From NCBI GenBank assembly GCA_963662315.1, contig OY759353.1, forward strand, positions 864,001 to 928,000: a stretch of DNA of 64,000 nt. Direction: 5' to 3'. This document shows, piece after piece, positions 58,795 to 64,000 of the stretch (position 1 is its first letter; every line of letters starts with the position of its first letter). The notes under the pieces are model-generated. The model did no database searches, was not told the origin of the DNA, and saw only the letters and a program-made list of their open reading frames with translations. The position numbers were made by a program, and so were the translations under genes. Origin of the DNA: Geopsychrobacteraceae bacterium. GTDB lineage: Bacteria; Desulfobacterota; Desulfuromonadia; Desulfuromonadales; Geopsychrobacteraceae.

Positions 58795-61224
58795 TTAAAC
58801 AGCAAAATACTTGGCCTGCGGATGGTGAGCAACAATGGCAGAAGTACTCATTTCAGGAACCATTTCGAAAGATTCTGTCAACCCGACCCCAATCTCCTGC
58901 GGCTCAAGCAGTTCAAATAATGGGATGTGAGCACCCAGATCAGGGCATGACGGATAACCGAAGCCAAAGCGTGACCCCCGGTAACCTTGCGCAACATAAG
59001 CGGCCATATCAACAACACCTTCCTTAATTCCCATTTCAACCCGCATCTGTTCATGCCAGAATTCAGCCAGAGCATCAGTCAATTCGACCCCAAGTCCATG
59101 CAGCATCAGATAATCGTGATAACTGTTCTGCTGGTACAGCTCTTTCGTTTTTTCGGCCAGTGTCGCACCAATGGTCACAACAAAAAATCCGGCGATATCA
59201 CCGCCCTCTTCCTGGCTACGGAAATAATCCGAGATACACAGGCCGGGAGCATTCTGCTGCCGCGGAAAGCCGAACACCTTATCACCTGCTTCACTGCGAA
59301 TAACAAGCTCATTCCCCTGACTGAAACAGTTAAAGTATCCATAGGCAACCTGGGGAGTCAACCAGCCTTCTTCAATCGCCTGAGCTTTCAAGCGCTGGTA
59401 AAGAGGCAGAACGGTATTCTGGTAAAGTTCATCGTACTCTTGCTTGGCCATTTTTCCACGGCGATAACCCCAACGGCCCCTGAATAGTGCGGCCTCGTTC
59501 AGATAATCAAAAAGTTTTTCGACAGGCACATCCTTGACAATGCGCCGTCCAACAAAAGGCACCTGAGGGGGATTAAACGAACGATCAAGGACCTCCTGTT
59601 GAGGGCCCGGTCGATTCATGGCGACACTCGCCTCCTGCCAGTCGGTAGACACCAGCTGACCGGCTTCGAATTCGCGAATCGCCTTCAGACCGGCAAAGGC
59701 GTCAGCACAATAAACGACCGGTTTTGAATAATTGGGTACACAATCCTGAGCAACAAATTTTCCGGTCAGCGCAGCGCCCCCCAACAGCACCGGTTGGGTC
59801 AGCCCAGCCCCTTCGAACTGATTCAGATTATCCTTCATCAACAAGGCAGATTTCACCAGCAGTCCGGAAAGCCCGATAACATCGACATTCAACTCTTTCG
59901 CCTTGGCAATAATCTCTTCTGCCGGGACCTTAATGCCGATATTGTAGACTTTATAACCATTATTACTCAGGATAATATCGACCAGATTCTTACCAATATC
60001 GTGAACATCTCCGGCGACAGTGGCAAGCAAAACAGAGGTGCGCCCCTCGTCCGATAATTTTTCCATGAAAGGTTCAAGCAATGAAACACTCTGCTTCATG
60101 ACCTCGGCGGACTGGAGAACAAACGGCAGCAACAATTCGCCCCGTCCAAACAACTCACCAACTTCGCGCATGGCCGGAACCAGCAGGTTGTTTATAATAT
60201 TCAGTGGCTGCCAGCGTCCGCGTAAACTGGTCAGCAGATCTTCCAGCCCATCCTTGTCCCCTTTCAGGACTTTCTGGCGCAACGCCTCTTCGAGGAGCAC
60301 GGCCTCACCCTGATTGTCATCAGTACTGTCGACGGCCTGCTCAAAATGCTCAATAAAGCGCATCAGCGCATCAGCATCACTGTTATACAGCAAATCCATG
60401 CAGACCTTGCGGTCTTCTTCACTGATAGCCGCATAAGGCAACACCTTGGCGGCATCCACAATCGCCGTATTCAGACCCGCCTCAACAGCCTGATGCAGAA
60501 ACACAGAATTGAGCACTTTCCGCGCTGCCGGACGTAGACCAAAACTGATATTGCTGACCCCAAGGGTAAACCCGACACCAGGCAGCTCCTCTTTGACCTG
60601 TTTGATCGCTTCCAGGGTCTCAATGGCAGCGTCACGCATGCTCTCGTCACCAGAACCCACGGTAAAAGTCAGCAGATCGAACAACAAATCCTGGGGGCGC
60701 AAACCATAAGTATGCACAGCAAGATCATAGATCTGCTTTGCAACAGCAACCTTCTTTTCACAGGTGAGCGCCATACCCTCCAGACTGATGGTCAACGCGA
60801 CAACAGCAGCTCCGTACTTTTTAGCCAGCTTACAAATCCGCTCAAGGTTGGCACCACCATCTTCCAGGTTGATCGAATTGATAATAGCCCGCCCCGGATA
60901 TAGCGGTAAAACGGCTTCCAAGGTGTCCGGACTGGTTGAATCAAACATCAGCGGCGCCTTGCAGGAACCGGCATACAGTTTAGTCAAGTGAATCATGTCT
61001 GCAAGCTCATCGCGGCCGGCATAGGCAACACACAAGTCGATCACCTGGGCGCCACGCCCTTCCTGATCGAGGGCGATCTTCAGACAGGCATCCCAATCTT
61101 CGGCCAGAAGAGCTTCACGAAAAGCCTTGGACCCATTAGGGTTACAACGCTCACCTATCAACAGTGGCGGTATATCCTGATGCAATTCTACAGCCTGATA
61201 AAGACTGGCAACCGATGCTTTCAT
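58795..61224 (-). CDS. metH: Methionine synthase, folate-binding + cap + cobalamin-binding + activation domains (split MetH, part 2)
   Basis: IGERCN, GVSNISFG, GDVHDIGKN B12 motif, GLSGLL, GYPSCP, HPQAKYF. Confidence 0.93.
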   Translation of the reverse strand: MKASVASLYQAVELHQDIPPLLIGERCNPNGSKAFREALLAEDWDACLKIALDQEGRGAQVIDLCVAYAGRDELADMIHLTKLYAGSCKAPLMFDSTSPDTLEAVLPLYPGRAIINSINLEDGGANLERICKLAKKYGAAVVALTISLEGMALTCEKKVAVAKQIYDLAVHTYGLRPQDLLFDLLTFTVGSGDESMRDAAIETLEAIKQVKEELPGVGFTLGVSNISFGLRPAARKVLNSVFLHQAVEAGLNTAIVDAAKVLPYAAISEEDRKVCMDLLYNSDADALMRFIEHFEQAVDSTDDNQGEAVLLEEALRQKVLKGDKDGLEDLLTSLRGRWQPLNIINNLLVPAMREVGELFGRGELLLPFVLQSAEVMKQSVSLLEPFMEKLSDEGRTSVLLATVAGDVHDIGKNLVDIILSNNGYKVYNIGIKVPAEEIIAKAKELNVDVIGLSGLLVKSALLMKDNLNQFEGAGLTQPVLLGGAALTGKFVAQDCVPNYSKPVVYCADAFAGLKAIREFEAGQLVSTDWQEASVAMNRPGPQQEVLDRSFNPPQVPFVGRRIVKDVPVEKLFDYLNEAALFRGRWGYRRGKMAKQEYDELYQNTVLPLYQRLKAQAIEEGWLTPQVAYGYFNCFSQGNELVIRSEAGDKVFGFPRQQNAPGLCISDYFRSQEEGGDIAGFFVVTIGATLAEKTKELYQQNSYHDYLMLHGLGVELTDALAEFWHEQMRVEMGIKEGVVDMAAYVAQGYRGSRFGFGYPSCPDLGAHIPLFELLEPQEIGVGLTESFEMVPEMSTSAIVAHHPQAKYFAV

Positions 61225-62147
61225 ATCGCGACCTCCCGAACTTTTGGACTGGCACCTTCCAGGCGTTTGACCAGCGCCTCAATATGAGCAGGACTGGTTC
61301 CGCAACACCCGCCGACAATACTGACCCCAAGCTCAGTAACAAAGCGATACATCTGGTCGGCGTAGGCGTCAGGAGACAAAGGATAGCAAGTCTGGCCATT
61401 AACGACTTCAGGCAGTCCTTGATTGGGGATGACTGAAATCCGGTACGGCCAATTCTGACTAAGATAATTAATGTGGGAAAGCATGTCCTGAGGACCGGTG
61501 GCACAATTCATTCCGAGGGAAAAGACCGGAAACGGTTCAAGGGTAGCGACAACGGCAGTAATATCCGACCCGACCAGCATCGTCCCCTGTTGCTCGATGG
61601 TTACTGACACCATAACCGGAAGATTCAACCCGCTGGTTTCAAGTTTTTCAAAAACGGTCACCAGGGCCGTTTTGGTCTGGAGCAGATCCTGACAGGTTTC
61701 GACAATCAGGCAATCGACACCTGCATCCAGCAGAGCTTCCACCTGAGCTGCCGTTGCAGTGGCCAGGTCAGCCACAGGGATGTGCCCAAGGGACGGCAAC
61801 TTGGTGCCAGGACCAACGGAACCGGCAATATATTTATTCTGCCGGGTACCGATTGCCTGACGGGCTAATTGGACAGCCTGAGTGTTAATCTCACGAACCT
61901 TGTCCTGCAGCCCGTATTCGGCAAGCACAATACTTGAGGCTCCAAAAGTGTTTGTTTCAACAACCATTGCCCCGGCATCGAGCATTTGCTGATGCAGTGC
62001 CACGATATGGTGAGGCGCAGAGATATTGAGAATTTCATTACACCCCTCACAACCCGCCCAGTCAGAATCCGTGATATTCATCAGCTGCAGATTGGTACCA
62101 CAGGCGCCATCAAAAATAAGCAGTGGTTGCTCAGAAAATTTCTTCAT
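61221..62147 (-). CDS. Homocysteine S-methyltransferase domain (split MetH, part 1)
   Basis: DGACGT, ETNTFGA, GMNCATGP, GGCCGT Zn ligands; ATGA overlap with part 2. Confidence 0.93.
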   Translation of the reverse strand: MKKFSEQPLLIFDGACGTNLQLMNITDSDWAGCEGCNEILNISAPHHIVALHQQMLDAGAMVVETNTFGASSIVLAEYGLQDKVREINTQAVQLARQAIGTRQNKYIAGSVGPGTKLPSLGHIPVADLATATAAQVEALLDAGVDCLIVETCQDLLQTKTALVTVFEKLETSGLNLPVMVSVTIEQQGTMLVGSDITAVVATLEPFPVFSLGMNCATGPQDMLSHINYLSQNWPYRISVIPNQGLPEVVNGQTCYPLSPDAYADQMYRFVTELGVSIVGGCCGTSPAHIEALVKRLEGASPKVREVAI

Positions 62148-62749
62148 TCGTTATCCTGTACAAAAATTTATTCAAGAATATTCCTGCTCTAAACAAACCG
62201 GTTTTAATCAAATAAACTAATCCGGCCGGCCCATAGTATTCAGCAGGAGAAAAACAACTGTAAATTACGGAAATCATAAATAAGGAAAGACACTTTACAC
62301 AAGAGACCCACGCCCTGTCCAGTTTCATCATTGAACTCTTAGGGCATTTCTGTAATATTAAAGGCCCCGCATGGCCTTAATCGATGCTACAACGGTTGAA
62401 ATGAGCGGGACGAATAGTGCGGTGATCATGCCGCAATGTTTTCATCTAAAAGATGAACATAGAATACTTATTCATTTGAATTTAAGGGGGAAATTCATTT
62501 GGAAACAGCGCATCAGTCCATACCACCGTCAAGATTCCGGGAATTGCTTGGGACGTTATTGCCAAAACAGCAACTCCTCACCCATCATCGACCTAATATA
62601 ACCCTTGAGCATCAACAGTATTCACATAAGCAGGAGCCATTGCAAAAGATTGCTATCCTGCCAGATATGTTAAACCTGACAGATATGAATCCGCCATGTG
62701 ACCATCCAGAGGCAATTTATTTGTATTATCGCAACCCCGGAAGAAACCA

Positions 62750-63538
62750 ATGAACAGTAATGATAGTTTGACGACAAAAGACCTGCAGCAGTTTCAGGAA
62801 GCCCTAACAGCCACAGGAGAGCGCCTTTATGGACTGCTGCACCACCATGATCCTGACATCCTCAGAATGGTACTTAAAAACAAGTCCCTTAACGAAGATC
62901 ATATATTGATCATTCTCAAGCGTCAGGACCTCAGCGAAACGGTTGTCACCTCCATTTACAAGAAAAACGAACAACTCCGCAGTCACCAGGTGCTCTTGGC
63001 GATCGCCCGCAATCCGGCCACCGAAAGCAACATCATACGCTCTATACTGCCGCTGCTGCGCCTGTTTGAATTGCTCGACATATGTTTATTACCAGGAGCT
63101 TCAGCCGACTTAAAACTTGCTGCGGAGAGGATTATCCTACAACGCATTCCTACCGCCCCCCTCGGCCATAAAATCACCCTTGCCCGACGAGGTACAAGCA
63201 CTATCGTCGCAGCGCTATTAAAAGAAGGGAGCAGCCAGATCGTCGATATTTGTCTGGCCAATCCTCATCTGAAAGAAGCTGCTGTCTTTCAATTTCTCAA
63301 GGGCGGGACCGCTAAAGCTGACACGATTTCCATGATTGCTCGTCACGAACGCTGGAAACAACGCCCCAATATTCGCATGACGATACTTAAAAATACCAAA
63401 ACTCCTGAAATCTGGTACACCCTGTGGCTACCCAAGCTACCACAGGCGTTGTTCATGCAGCTCCTTCAGACACTACGCCAACAACCCTCCCGAAAAAACC
63501 TGCTCCATGCTGAAAAAAGGCGCAGAGGAATGCTTTAG
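62750..63538 (+). CDS. Hypothetical helical-repeat (LRV-like) protein
   Basis: Repeated LKN/ARNP/LANP units; 262-aa ORF. Confidence 0.7.
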   Translation: MNSNDSLTTKDLQQFQEALTATGERLYGLLHHHDPDILRMVLKNKSLNEDHILIILKRQDLSETVVTSIYKKNEQLRSHQVLLAIARNPATESNIIRSILPLLRLFELLDICLLPGASADLKLAAERIILQRIPTAPLGHKITLARRGTSTIVAALLKEGSSQIVDICLANPHLKEAAVFQFLKGGTAKADTISMIARHERWKQRPNIRMTILKNTKTPEIWYTLWLPKLPQALFMQLLQTLRQQPSRKNLLHAEKRRRGML

Positions 63539-63848
63539 ATGACTGCTGCGACCAGCCCCCCCATGAAAACAACACAATAATGCGCACAGCGATTAAGATT
63601 GACATATTCATTGGCTATTTTGCCTGCATCACCGGCAACCCCTCAGGCAAATAAAACCTTTTCTTTATAAAACGATAGCCATAAACACTTCCAGAGCAGT
63701 CTTAATACCGTTCTGTGCACAATGATTACATCTTAATATGTTTACATTAGGTTAAACTTATGCATAAATATCAAAACATTGAATCTAAATTAGTTTTCAA
63801 TAATACCATTCACACTCAAATCACAAAACTCATATTTTGGTGTCAACT

Positions 63849-64000
63849 GTGATCAACAAGACGAATTTTTTCAAAACGGGTTGGATATTTATTATTCTGA
63901 TCGCCTTGGCACCTCAAGCTATGGCAACTGAGGATGTATTTGACATGGACCTCAGCTCCCTTATGGAAATGCAAATCACCTCAGCGGGACGCAAAGAACA
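63849..64000 (+). CDS. TonB-dependent receptor, 5' end (runs off the window)
   Basis: Signal peptide then EDVFDMDLSSLMEMQITSAGRKE, typical of the pre-plug segment of TBDRs. Confidence 0.7.
   Translation, partial: MINKTNFFKTGWIFIILIALAPQAMATEDVFDMDLSSLMEMQITSAGRKE

Noticed and set aside
62148..62749. SAM, SAH or cobalamin riboswitch upstream of metH; small ORFs 62371-62753
   Set aside because: No conserved riboswitch cores were recognised; the ORFs lack an RBS and recognisable protein features.
63985..64000. GGGACGCAAAG resembling a c-di-GMP-I riboswitch core
   Set aside because: It lies inside the TonB-dependent receptor coding frame (SAGRKE) and lacks the upstream GGCAAA/P2 elements.

Overview
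Bacterial chromosomal window, most consistent with a Desulfuromonadales-type deltaproteobacterium (inferred from gene content and the tmRNA tag ADSDVSYALAA). The tmRNA gene (17512-17863) divides it into two parts. LEFT (1-17.5 kb, accessory DNA running into the tmRNA 3' end): (i) an IclR-regulated catabolic operon encoding a two-subunit aconitase X, a ketopantoate-reductase-like enzyme, a cupin, a type II dehydroquinase, a Gfo/Idh/MocA oxidoreductase and a TRAP solute-binding protein, next to a type I dehydroquinase; (ii) an AT-rich umuDC pair; (iii) a GC-rich, integrase-less, decaying defence-type block with an excisionase-like HTH, two RhuM proteins, a collapsed type IIG RM gene, an interrupted Fic gene, three coupled hypothetical genes, a frameshifted pRiA4b ORF-3 gene, an AAA+/DUF4143 remnant and ~12-bp-periodic repeat arrays at gene junctions. 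RIGHT (17.9-64 kb, mostly housekeeping): smpB, rseC, panB-panC-panP behind a pan RNA motif with a terminator/antiterminator, large NAD-GDH, rsmA, tsaD, PhoH, nrdJ with NrdR boxes, cysE-iscR-iscS-iscU-mnmA-mtaB, class I fumarase, a MITE, an MMPL transporter, deaD, cfa, miaB, AMMECR1-metF, a split metH followed by a rubredoxin missing from the ORF track, and the start of a TonB-dependent receptor. The best candidates for new biology are the aconitase X/dual-dehydroquinase pathway and the repeat-bounded five-gene cassette. All calls come from motif recognition by eye; no searches were run.
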